Positions 32,782 to 41,337 are shown, counted from the stretch's first letter. The stretch is DNA of 64,000 bases from an uncultured Deefgea sp. (GCA_963508915.1 CAUOZE010000007.1:55-64054); one strand, 5' to 3'. Translations and numbers: made by a program. Notes: a model not told the origin generated them from the letters alone.

Positions 32782-32830
32782 GCCGCTGAAGTGCGTTTCA
32801 TCGCCGCTTAAATTCACCAGTAACCGCTCC
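32782..32830 (+). promoter_or_regulatory. Putative BtsR/YehT direct-repeat binding site
   Basis: GCCGCTGA(32782)-N13-GCCGCTTA(32803) plus ACCGCTCC(32823); resembles the E. coli YehT ACC[GA]CT[CT]A-N13 repeat. Confidence 0.55.
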
Positions 32831-32904
32831 CTCAGTTCCGCACGCACTCTTCGTCGTACTCGGCATAGCATGGGTTTGTCATAAACTATCCCCCGAGGTT
32901 TGTC

Positions 32905-34971
32905 ATGAACTCAATTAAGCAGTGGGGCGTCTGGATGCTCATCGCGCTGGTGGGCGCGTTCTCCTTCGCTATGCTGGCGCTATCGCGCGGCGAACACGTC
33001 AATGCGGTGTGGTTGGTGTTGGCGGCAATTAGCTGCTACAGCATCGCCTATCGTTTTTATTCCAAATTTATCGCAGAAAAAGTCTTTGAATTGGACGATA
33101 CGCGGCTTACGCCTGCGGTGCGTCGTAATGACGGTTTGGATTACGTCCCGACCAATAAATGGGTGTTGTTTGGTCACCACTTTGCTGCGATTGCGGGGGC
33201 AGGCCCGCTCGTTGGGCCGATTTTAGCAGCGCAGATGGGCTTTTTGCCGGGCACGATTTGGATCTTGGTTGGCGTGATGCTGGCGGGTGCGGTACAAGAC
33301 TTTTTGATTTTGTTCATCTCAACACGTCGCGATGGTCGTTCACTCGGCGAAATGGCCAAGCAAGAGCTAGGTACGATTCCTGGCTTTATTGTGATGGTCG
33401 GCGCATTGGGTGTGATGATTATCATCTTGTCGGCTTTGGCGCTGGTGGTGATTAAAGCCTTGGCGGAAAGCCCATGGGGTGTGTTTTCGATTGCGGCGAC
33501 CATTCCAATTGCCTTGTTTATGGGCATCTATATGCGCTATATCCGCCCGGGCCGAATTGGTGAAATCTCGGTGGTCGGTTTTGTGCTGATGATGGCAGCG
33601 ATTATTTATGGTGGCGACATTGCGGCGCACCCATATTGGGGCCCATTTTTCACGATGACCGGTCCGCAATTGACCTTTGCGCTGGTGCTGTACGGTTTTA
33701 TCGCTTCAGCTTTGCCAGTGTGGCTCTTGCTAGCGCCGCGTGATTACCTATCGACCTTCCTTAAAATCGGTGTGATTGCGGGTTTGGCGATTGGGATTGT
33801 ATTTGCTGCGCCTGAACTCAAAATGCCAGCGGTGACTCGATTTATCGACGGCTCTGGCCCAGTTTTCTCTGGTTCTCTATTCCCATTCCTGTTTATTACG
33901 ATTGCGTGCGGGGCCATCTCCGGCTTTCATGCCTTGGTGGCATCAGGTACAACGCCAAAACTGATTGAGAAAGAAAGCCATATGCGTGCAATTGGCTATG
34001 GTTCGATGTTGTGCGAATCATTTGTGGCGATCATGGCGCTGATTTGTGCTTCTGTGCTCGATCCGGGTATTTATTTTGCGATGAATTCACCGGCAGCAGT
34101 GATTGGTACCACCGTAGAGAGCGCTTCTACCGTCATTAATGGCTGGGGCTTTTTGATTACGCCAGAGGTGCTCACGCAAATCGCTAAAGACGTCGGTGAG
34201 CATTCGATTCTGTCGCGTGCGGGTGGCGCACCAACGTTTGCAGTCGGTATGGCGCATATCATTTCGGATATTTTTGGCAGCAAAGCCATGATGTCATTCT
34301 GGTATCACTTTGCGATTCTGTTTGAAGCCTTGTTTATTCTGACTGCCGTCGATGCCGGTACCCGTGCTTGCCGCTTTATGGTGCAAGACACGGTGGGGGT
34401 GTTTATCCCTGGGATGGCTAAAAGCCATTCGTGGGCGGGCAATATGCTAGGCACAGCGGTTGCGGTTTCGGGCTGGGGCTTCTTTGTTTACCAAGGTGTA
34501 ACTGACCCATTGGGTGGTATCAATACGCTGTGGCCGCTATTTGGGATTGGCAATCAAATGCTGGCGTCAATGGCGCTGCTGCTTGGTACGGTGGTGCTGT
34601 TTAAGATGAAGAAAGAGCGTTATGTGTGGGTGACTTTGCTGCCTACTACATGGTTATTTATTACGTCGATGACGGCGGGTTGGCAGAAAATCTTCCATGA
34701 AAACCCGAAGATTGGTTTTCTCGCCCAAGCGAATCGTTTCCAGAATGCGATTACCGATGGCACCTTGCTGGCACCGGCGAAGAGCATCGCGGATATGGAG
34801 CGAATTGTATTTAACAATCAAATCAATGCGGGTTTGTGCGCCTTCTTTATGTTGGTCGCTGTAACGATGCTGATTGCAACGATCGTTCACGTTCGGAAAG
34901 CACTTGGCCATGCTCATCCAACCGTGAATGAAATTGGTGGTGAGCTGCAGATTGAGGGTGGTCGTGCTTGA
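32905..34971 (+). CDS. cstA: Carbon starvation CstA-family transporter (BtsT/YjiY-like)
   Basis: LFGHHFAAIAGAGPLVGP, ITIACGAISGFH, LWPLFGIGNQML. Confidence 0.95.
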   Translation: MNSIKQWGVWMLIALVGAFSFAMLALSRGEHVNAVWLVLAAISCYSIAYRFYSKFIAEKVFELDDTRLTPAVRRNDGLDYVPTNKWVLFGHHFAAIAGAGPLVGPILAAQMGFLPGTIWILVGVMLAGAVQDFLILFISTRRDGRSLGEMAKQELGTIPGFIVMVGALGVMIIILSALALVVIKALAESPWGVFSIAATIPIALFMGIYMRYIRPGRIGEISVVGFVLMMAAIIYGGDIAAHPYWGPFFTMTGPQLTFALVLYGFIASALPVWLLLAPRDYLSTFLKIGVIAGLAIGIVFAAPELKMPAVTRFIDGSGPVFSGSLFPFLFITIACGAISGFHALVASGTTPKLIEKESHMRAIGYGSMLCESFVAIMALICASVLDPGIYFAMNSPAAVIGTTVESASTVINGWGFLITPEVLTQIAKDVGEHSILSRAGGAPTFAVGMAHIISDIFGSKAMMSFWYHFAILFEALFILTAVDAGTRACRFMVQDTVGVFIPGMAKSHSWAGNMLGTAVAVSGWGFFVYQGVTDPLGGINTLWPLFGIGNQMLASMALLLGTVVLFKMKKERYVWVTLLPTTWLFITSMTAGWQKIFHENPKIGFLAQANRFQNAITDGTLLAPAKSIADMERIVFNNQINAGLCAFFMLVAVTMLIATIVHVRKALGHAHPTVNEIGGELQIEGGRA

Positions 34972-35341
34972 TCTGAGCTTTTTGCTCCCAGCTTCTGCCC
35001 GCGCTGCGCGGGTAGAGCTGAGTGATGAGACGTTTCAGGATGAATATGATCGCTACGTGGCCGAACAGCGATTAACAAATCCTTATGGCGTCTTGATGAG
35101 TCCAGATGATTTTAGGCGCTTTAGCTTGGGATCGAACTGGCTAACAGGGCTGAAAGATACGGCGCAAAAAGTGGTGCAAACGTGCCGCCTGATGGTTGGG
35201 ATTCATGATTATGAATATTATCTAGACCATATGCGCAGTCAGCATCCCGGTGCGAAACCCTTTACCCGCGATGAGTTTTACCGCTATTGTTTGGATGCTC
35301 GGTTCCCGAGCGCCGGCAATGTCAATAAATGCCCGTGCTAA
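34964..35341 (+). CDS. YbdD/YjiX-family protein with an extra N-terminal copy of the motif
   Basis: C-terminal LMVGIHDYEYYLDHMRSQHP...RDEFYRYCLDARF...KCPC; GTG start overlaps the cstA stop. Confidence 0.85.
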   Translation: MLDLSFLLPASARAARVELSDETFQDEYDRYVAEQRLTNPYGVLMSPDDFRRFSLGSNWLTGLKDTAQKVVQTCRLMVGIHDYEYYLDHMRSQHPGAKPFTRDEFYRYCLDARFPSAGNVNKCPC

Positions 35342-35400
35342 ACGGTTAAATCAATGAGCGTATTGCAGCATGGCTGCGTGCGCTCATTTTTTATGCTTGG

Positions 35401-35868
35401 ATGAATCGTATGAAAGTAACTTGCATCGTCGAGCAGCCTCGCAATGAGCCCTATCGGGTTCGGTTTGAGCCCAGTGCGAAGGCATTCATCAAAACAGAAT
35501 TTCTTTCATTAATGCATGCCAGAAATTTCATGGGCGTGTATGGCTGGGTTGCTGACAGTGGCACACCTCCAGATCCGCATTTTGATATTTTGATCGCAAC
35601 GAATGAAGACTTTGCGGCTGGCGAGCTTATCGACGCGCACGTCTGTGGCATGTATCTAAGGGAGGACGGTGATCATAAATTGCTCGCGTTGGCTGATGAC
35701 GTGATTCGTGCAAATGGGGTGAGTGAGATTTGCTTGTCTCAGCTGCCTGAAGTGCTGCGTTCTAATTTCTTGGGCGTGTACCCGTATTTAAATTTGGGCG
35801 AGGCGTGGCTCAACGCGGCAGAAGCCATCGAGTTTTTGCGGAGCAATTTAGCAACGTCAGGTGATTAA
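35401..35868 (+). CDS. Divergent inorganic pyrophosphatase-like protein
   Basis: VYGWV, PDPHFDILI and GDHKLLAL echo family I PPase motifs but deviate from them. Confidence 0.6.
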   Translation: MNRMKVTCIVEQPRNEPYRVRFEPSAKAFIKTEFLSLMHARNFMGVYGWVADSGTPPDPHFDILIATNEDFAAGELIDAHVCGMYLREDGDHKLLALADDVIRANGVSEICLSQLPEVLRSNFLGVYPYLNLGEAWLNAAEAIEFLRSNLATSGD

Positions 35869-35998
35869 ATTTGGCCGATGTGATGCCGTGCCATATCTCA
35901 ATGAGAGATTAAATAGCGAAACGTAAACAGCGTACGTGTTGTTACGGTCTTCTTGGCGGAAAGCGTTCTTGAGTACAAAGGGCTTACAAGGGATTATC

Positions 35999-36096
35999 GA
36001 GCGGAAATGAACAAGGCCCCAACTTTCGTTGAGGCCTTGATTTTTGTGGGGTGGCTGATGGGGCTCGAACCCACGACAACAGGAATCACAATCCTG
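35999..36096. repeat. att site (distal copy): 3' half of tRNA-His plus downstream terminator
   Basis: 98-bp direct repeat of 59943-60040 with 2 mismatches; identity ends at the anticodon stem. Confidence 0.95.
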
Positions 36097-36141
36097 CTAT
36101 TTTTACATTTCTTCGAGTTGATTGCCATTCCTAAAGTAGCT

Positions 36142-36154
36142 CAATACCTTGATA
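36142..36154 (-). promoter_or_regulatory. IHF consensus site in the att arm
   Basis: Minus strand TATCAAGGTATTG matches WATCAANNNNTTR exactly, between core and arm sites. Confidence 0.65.
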
Positions 36155-36217
36155 TATCTAGGTTTTAATCGTTTTATCTGTTTTTTAATATTCCTGAATA
36201 TTCCTAAAAGTTGCTAT

Positions 36218-36261
36218 AATTTGCCTACATAGTGCCTACATGAAACTCCATGTAGGCAAAA
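36218..36261. repeat. Integrase arm-type binding sites (left)
   Basis: AATTTGCCTACATAGTGCCTACATGA plus inverted CATGTAGGCAAAA; same 26-mer at 59910-59935. Confidence 0.8.
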
Positions 36262-36276
36262 CAGGAGTAAATCCTC

Positions 36277-37587
36277 ATGGCAAAAAGCAATCGTATTTCG
36301 TTTACCGCGTCTCGCGTTGAAAAGGCCTCTTGTGAACCGGGCAAAGCGCAGTCTTTTCTTTGGGATAGTGGCGCGCCTGGTCTTGGTTTACGCATGACCC
36401 AAAACAAAGAGGGCAAAGCATACATTTTCGAGAGTCGGGTGAATAGCAAAACTCTGCGAATCACAATTGGCTCTGTGCTGTCATGGACAATTGATGCCGC
36501 CCAGGCAGAGGCGCGTCGTTTGCAGTCGTTGTGCGACCAAGGTATTGACCCTCGCCAACAAAAGTCAGATGAGAAGGCTATTGCTACTGCGCGGCGATTA
36601 GAAGAAAAGCGTAAACATATCAAATTAGGTGACGTGTGGCCTGTGTATATCGAGGAACGCCGCAGCAAATGGGGCGAATGGCATATCCGCGACCATGAAG
36701 AAATGGTTCACCTTGGTGGCGTTAAAAAAATACGTGGTCAAGGTTTGACGCAGCCGGGCGCGTTGGCTGCATTGTTGCCACTGAAGTTGTCTGAGCTAAC
36801 TGTAAAGCGCGTCGCGTCGTGGTTGGCTGCGGAAACACTCGTGCGACCGACGAAAGCGCGGTTGGCGTATCGCTTATTGTCGGTCTTTGTTAATTGGTGC
36901 GAGTCGCAAGACGAATATGCGGGCTTAATTCCGGCTGGGGTATGCAAGGCGAAGCAAGTTAAAGAAGAGTTAGCGGCAAAAAATACGAAGGATGATGATT
37001 GCTTGCAATCAGAGCAGTTACCGCGCTGGTTCGCCGCTGTGCGTGGTTTGAACAATCCAAGTGCATCAGTGTACTTGCAAGGTTTGCTGATTACGGGGGC
37101 GCGTCGTCGCGAATTAGCGGACTTACTTTGGGACGACATTAATTTTGAGTGGAACAGCCTGACCATTCGCGACAAGGTTGAAGGTGAGCGCACCATTCCA
37201 CTGACCCCGTACTTTAAGTCGCTGCTGCAAAATTTGCCTCGTCGCAATAAATGGGTTTTTTCGAGTGCATCATCGGCGTCTGGTAAGTTGGTCGAACCGA
37301 CTGGACCGCATCGTCGCGTCTTAGAGGCTGCCGAGTTGCCGCACCTATCCTTGCATGGCTTGCGCCGCTCATTTACGACCTTGGCCGAATGGGTTGAAGT
37401 GCCTGTCGGCGTGACGGCTCAAATCATGGGGCACAAGCCAACAGCCATTGCCGAGCTTCACTATAAACGCCGCAAACTCGATATCCTTCGCCGCTACCAT
37501 ATTAAAATTGAGCAGTGGATGTTGGAGCAGGCGGGGGTTGAGTTTCATTATGAGAATGTGCCACCAGCTTTGCGCTTGGTCGCATAA
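36277..37587 (+). CDS. Tyrosine recombinase/integrase with N-terminal arm-binding domain
   Basis: FLWDSGAPGLGLR arm domain; catalytic TGARRRE, HGLRR, MGH, LHY. Confidence 0.95.
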   Translation: MAKSNRISFTASRVEKASCEPGKAQSFLWDSGAPGLGLRMTQNKEGKAYIFESRVNSKTLRITIGSVLSWTIDAAQAEARRLQSLCDQGIDPRQQKSDEKAIATARRLEEKRKHIKLGDVWPVYIEERRSKWGEWHIRDHEEMVHLGGVKKIRGQGLTQPGALAALLPLKLSELTVKRVASWLAAETLVRPTKARLAYRLLSVFVNWCESQDEYAGLIPAGVCKAKQVKEELAAKNTKDDDCLQSEQLPRWFAAVRGLNNPSASVYLQGLLITGARRRELADLLWDDINFEWNSLTIRDKVEGERTIPLTPYFKSLLQNLPRRNKWVFSSASSASGKLVEPTGPHRRVLEAAELPHLSLHGLRRSFTTLAEWVEVPVGVTAQIMGHKPTAIAELHYKRRKLDILRRYHIKIEQWMLEQAGVEFHYENVPPALRLVA

Positions 37588-37589
37588 TG

Positions 37590-37618
37590 TTGATACGTGT
37601 AACGTTACGGTATACAAT
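37590..37618 (+). promoter_or_regulatory. higBA promoter with palindromic operator
   Basis: TTGATA-N17-TACAAT with palindrome GTAACGTTAC (37599-37608) in the spacer. Confidence 0.75.
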
Positions 37619-37621
37619 TAA

Positions 37622-37900
37622 ATGATTAAAACTTTTCGCCATAAAGGACTGCAAGTTTTCTTTGAAACGGGCAGTAAAGCGGGAATCCAGCCGCATCACG
37701 CCGCCCGGCTCGGTCGGCAGTTGATTCGCCTAGACCAAGCCAGTCGGCCAGAAGATATGAATATACCAGGGTGGCGTTTGCATGGACTTGAGGGCGAATT
37801 AGCGGGGCATTATTCGGTGACTGTAAACGGCAACTGGCGAATGACTTTCGTTTTTGAAGGGGCAGATGCCGTGTTGGTTGATTATCAAGATTATCATTGA
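37622..37900 (+). CDS. higB: HigB (RelE/ParE superfamily) toxin
   Basis: MIKTFRHKGL..FF...PGWRLHGL...SVTVNGNWRMTF. Confidence 0.92.
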   Translation: MIKTFRHKGLQVFFETGSKAGIQPHHAARLGRQLIRLDQASRPEDMNIPGWRLHGLEGELAGHYSVTVNGNWRMTFVFEGADAVLVDYQDYH

Positions 37901-37913
37901 AAGGAGTAACACA

Positions 37914-38222
37914 ATGAGCCAAATGTATAACCCTCCACACCCAGGTGAAACGCTAAGAGAAGATGTATTGCCTGCCTTGGGGCTCTCTGTTACGACCGCA
38001 GCGGCACAACTTGGCGTCACGCGGGCGACCTTATCAAGAGTGCTCAATTGCCGCGCGGCTATATCCCCTGAAATGGCGCTGAGATTAGAGGGTTGGTTGG
38101 GTATCGAGAACGGCGGTCGCGCCGATGTGTGGGTTGCGCAGCAGGCTGCTTATGACCTATGGAAAGCGCGCGAAGCGGGTATGCCTGTAGTAATGCACGC
38201 GTCGATTCAGGGTGGTTGCTAA
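37914..38222 (+). CDS. higA: HigA antitoxin (HTH)
   Basis: MYNPPHPGETLREDVL...ISPEMALRL; ATG 37914 after AAGGAG. Confidence 0.92.
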   Translation: MSQMYNPPHPGETLREDVLPALGLSVTTAAAQLGVTRATLSRVLNCRAAISPEMALRLEGWLGIENGGRADVWVAQQAAYDLWKAREAGMPVVMHASIQGGC

Positions 38223-38334
38223 TAAGGTACTATATTTTTTCAAATAAAATGCACGGGCACTTTCAAAATGAAGCGGCTCTTATCGAATTACTTATAAATG
38301 CGCCCCAAGCGCTCAGTTTAATAGCAGCCTAAAT

Positions 38335-39312
38335 ATGACTGGCACAACTAACTATTCTGATGAAGTAAAAGCAAAATCTCCCTGTTTGATTATCATCGAA
38401 GGCCGATACGCTTTGCGCGTGCGTGCCATTCCATTTGTAACTCACGATGTGATTGGCGCTGAAACGCTTGCATGTTGGCTAGCCTATGGTGAGAAGCTTC
38501 ATCGGCTTGGTGATATTCAAGCTTTTCATCTCATTAATGGCATGTGCGCCGATATCCCCGCCCAATTTTGGGCTGGCATCGTGAACCAATTAGAAACGTT
38601 AGAGCGTGAATTGCGCACTGTCGAATCTGTTGAAAATGCACTTGAGGCACAATGGTTACTCCAGGCACTGCAAATTTTGCCTGTAGCCTACATATGGCTG
38701 GATGAATTCGAGGCGGTATGGCTTGAGCGGTTTACGCCGACGGATATTCGCCCGATTCATACTGGCCACTTTGTTGGAAAAACGTGGGTTGTAGATAATC
38801 GTGCAAGTTCGTGGACTTTGAATTTGTTGCCGTATCTCACCGCATCCCAGAGCGCACTTGTACTCGACGAATGGGCTGACGACTTTACTCAGAATGACAA
38901 GCGGCATGCTATGCAAATAAGAGAGGCTGCCGTTTCTGAGATTCACAGAAAAAGTGAAGCTAGTGCGGATGGGAGCATCAAAAATCAGGCATTGGCGTCA
39001 TTGCACATGAAGAATAACGAGCCACAGATTACGCAAATCAATGAGGTCAATGTTTCTGATATTCAAGGTAAAAGTGAAGTTAGCCTAAATTGGAAAATGA
39101 GAATTCAGGCAGAGGCGGCTTTGCGATGGACTGCAAGTCTGGAAGTGGGCGCGAAGCCGACAAAGCAAGGGATGGCGCCAGAATTAGCAAAGTGGTGTCG
39201 AGAAAATGAGATAAAAACGGATAAAACTAATTATCCGACTGCTACTTACATACAACGACATGTCCTGCAAAGCTGGAATCCACCGCCAAAAACGAGAATA
39301 AAAACAAAATAA
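38335..39312 (+). CDS. Hypothetical protein of the island backbone
   Basis: 325-aa ORF between the TA pair and the xis-like gene; no motif recognised. Confidence 0.7.
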   Translation: MTGTTNYSDEVKAKSPCLIIIEGRYALRVRAIPFVTHDVIGAETLACWLAYGEKLHRLGDIQAFHLINGMCADIPAQFWAGIVNQLETLERELRTVESVENALEAQWLLQALQILPVAYIWLDEFEAVWLERFTPTDIRPIHTGHFVGKTWVVDNRASSWTLNLLPYLTASQSALVLDEWADDFTQNDKRHAMQIREAAVSEIHRKSEASADGSIKNQALASLHMKNNEPQITQINEVNVSDIQGKSEVSLNWKMRIQAEAALRWTASLEVGAKPTKQGMAPELAKWCRENEIKTDKTNYPTATYIQRHVLQSWNPPPKTRIKTK

Positions 39313-39316
39313 ATGT

Positions 39317-39424
39317 TCGGCAAAAATTTGCCTACCTAAAAAAGGCACCACAACCCGCATAAACATTGGTTTTGCGGGCTTTTTATTGCGAAAAATTTAG
39401 TGCTTGTAGGCAAATTTTTGCCGA
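39317..39424. repeat. Perfect 19-bp inverted repeat containing the arm-type motif
   Basis: TCGGCAAAAATTTGCCTAC (39317-39335) / GTAGGCAAATTTTTGCCGA (39406-39424). Confidence 0.9.
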
Positions 39425-39499
39425 GTCTGAATTGGGTATCAACGCATCGACACAGCAATACCGCTGAGGTGCACTTTCGGAAACGAGAGGAAAGTTGAT

Positions 39500-39730
39500 A
39501 TGGCTATGCCAGTTAAATTGCCCGAAAAACTTGCCGAGGTCGCCCAAGGGCGCGACCACATTAATACCGCTGAATATGGCCATGCCATTGACCGCGCCAA
39601 TCAGACTATCCGTAAAAACTACTGCCTCACTGGTCATTGCTTCGGCATTCGTCCGGTGAAGGTGGGGGGGCGTTTGTTGTGGCCTGTCGCGGATATTGCC
39701 CGCCTGCTGAATGGGGAGGCTGCAAAATGA
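39500..39730 (+). CDS. Excisionase/AlpA-like winged-HTH protein
   Basis: 76 aa; QTIRKNY...PVKVGGRLLWPVADIARLL is typical of recombination directionality factors. Confidence 0.75.
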   Translation: MAMPVKLPEKLAEVAQGRDHINTAEYGHAIDRANQTIRKNYCLTGHCFGIRPVKVGGRLLWPVADIARLLNGEAAK

Positions 39731-40113
39731 AAAGCGCCCCTGCCGAATACCCCAACAAGAGCGCCCCTCCACAAGGTCATTTTAACACATCAAAACAATT
39801 GCCCTTATTCCCGAATGAAGCGCCAGTTGGCCGCTTTATGGGAACAACTAATCCACGCCATGTTCGTGTCTTGAAAATGTTTTTAAAAGAAAAAAAACTT
39901 ACGCGGGAAGAGGTGGACAAGATTGCTCGTGCATCAAATGGCCCTGATTTAATTGCCGACCTACGCCAACTTGGCTTGGAGCTACCGTGTCGCCGTTTTA
40001 GTCGGCGCGATTTTGATGGCCGTTTTTGCCGCCCTGGTAGGTATGAGGCTACTGATAATGACATTAAGTTGCTTGAGGCCTGGTTTCAGGAGTTCGGTCA
40101 TGCAGCGCATTAA
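39727..40113 (+). CDS. Putative HTH DNA-binding protein
   Basis: ATGA overlap with the upstream gene; LTREEVDKIARASNGPDLIADLRQLG. Confidence 0.6.
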   Translation: MKSAPAEYPNKSAPPQGHFNTSKQLPLFPNEAPVGRFMGTTNPRHVRVLKMFLKEKKLTREEVDKIARASNGPDLIADLRQLGLELPCRRFSRRDFDGRFCRPGRYEATDNDIKLLEAWFQEFGHAAH

Positions 40114-40234
40114 TGTCCAATTAATTAGCATCGTTTTCGCTGCTATGTCTGAGCTGGTATTTGTTAGGTTGCTTAGCCGCGAAGCTTCTTTGCTGGTGCT
40201 GCATTGGCTAGCTAGGAGGCAACATGGCAATTGA
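40100..40234 (+). CDS. Small hydrophobic protein (44 aa)
   Basis: AGGAG RBS, MQRINVQLISIVFAAMSELVFVRLLSREASLLVLHWLARRQHGN; overlaps both neighbours. Confidence 0.45.
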   Translation: MQRINVQLISIVFAAMSELVFVRLLSREASLLVLHWLARRQHGN

Positions 40235-40718
40235 CCAAACTGAGAAGAAGCGTCGTGCGGGCAAAGGGCGTGGCAAGGACCGCGATGGCGAGCAGTTTGT
40301 TGCCATTCCGATGGTGGTGTTGAATTCGCCAGCGTTTATTCACTTATCACCGCGTGCGGTGAAGCTTTTGTTGGATATTGCTTCGCAAAACAATGGGCGT
40401 AATAACGGACGTTTATTGGCGTCAAAACGCTTTATGACGTCACGAGGCTGGACCAGTGTAGACCAACTTACCAAAGCGCTTCATGAGTTGTTGGAGCATC
40501 GCTTGATTGAACAAACCGTCCGAGGGCACATGCCGAATAAAGCAAGTTGGTTTGGCGTGACGTGGCAGGGATTGGAGCCTCGTACCGATTACGATATGGC
40601 GATGAGTGGTTGGCCGAGAAGTGCATATATGAACTGGAAACCACCGGCAATTCCACCCAAAAAACGTCCACCACCAAAATCAAAACGTCCTGACCGTAGT
40701 ACGGACTTAAAGGAGTAA
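40224..40718 (+). CDS. Putative replication-initiator-like winged-HTH protein
   Basis: FVAIP..VLNSPAFIHLSPRAVKLLL...LTKALHELLEHRLI; directly followed by an iteron-like array. Confidence 0.6.
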   Translation: MAIDQTEKKRRAGKGRGKDRDGEQFVAIPMVVLNSPAFIHLSPRAVKLLLDIASQNNGRNNGRLLASKRFMTSRGWTSVDQLTKALHELLEHRLIEQTVRGHMPNKASWFGVTWQGLEPRTDYDMAMSGWPRSAYMNWKPPAIPPKKRPPPKSKRPDRSTDLKE

Positions 40719-40816
40719 AAATAGCTCCGTAGTACGGACCTACGGTCAATTGGCCAAGTCCGTACTACGGTTCTATATGGGGGCTTTTTGTGATTCCTCA
40801 GCACCGTAGTACGGAC
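40694..40816. repeat. Iteron-like array (putative origin)
   Basis: Four exact CCGTAGTACGGAC copies: 40694, 40727, 40804 direct; 40758 inverted. Confidence 0.8.
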
Positions 40817-40939
40817 ACCATCTAGATGTTGCCATCTGTGGGGTTAAAAAGAATGTCGGCATAGGGTATGCGTACAGCATCACCTTGAAGTGGTATGCAG
40901 GTTTTGGATTGCCACCAAATTCCAAGCTACATAGTCGCC

Positions 40940-41337
40940 CAACACGGACGAATAGTTTTAAGCTATTCGAGAGTCAGTGTTGCGCACTGCGCACTGCGCA
41001 GGCTAAAGTGGGTTTTGTAGTGCGCAAGTGCGTACTCATCATGAACATTTGTCACCAAGCATCGTCACCTCATTTTGTTTTGATATATCCCCACCATTTC
41101 AAGCCAGCTATTGTCTCGCCTGCGCCGGCTGTCAAACTCGCTCAACACGGATGAATAGTCTTAAGCTATTCGAGAGTTAGTGGTACGCAGTACGCAGGCT
41201 AAAGGGGGTGTTTGAAGTGCGTACTGCGTACTACTCGTGAGACTTTGTCGCCAGGCTCATCAAGCAAGTTCGTTTAATATATCCCCTCCATTTCAAGCCT
41301 AGCTATTGTCTCGCCTGCGCTGCGCTGTCAAACTCGC
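40940..41337. repeat. Diverged ~200-bp tandem duplication upstream of hsdM
   Basis: Units 40940-41141 and 41143-41337 share CAACACGGA..AATAG..TTAAGCTATTCGAGAG and GCTATTGTCTCGCCTGCGC..GCTGTCAAACTCGC. Confidence 0.85.

Noticed and set aside
35339-35341. Possible selenocysteine read-through in the YbdD/YjiX protein
   Set aside because: The stop is TAA, not TGA.
35953-36168. 71-aa ORF
   Set aside because: It runs through the att/tRNA fragment, and the same peptide stretch reappears in the ORF over tRNA-His.
40694-40816. 13-bp repeats as a mini-CRISPR
   Set aside because: Too short, mixed orientation and irregular spacing; they fit iterons or operators better.
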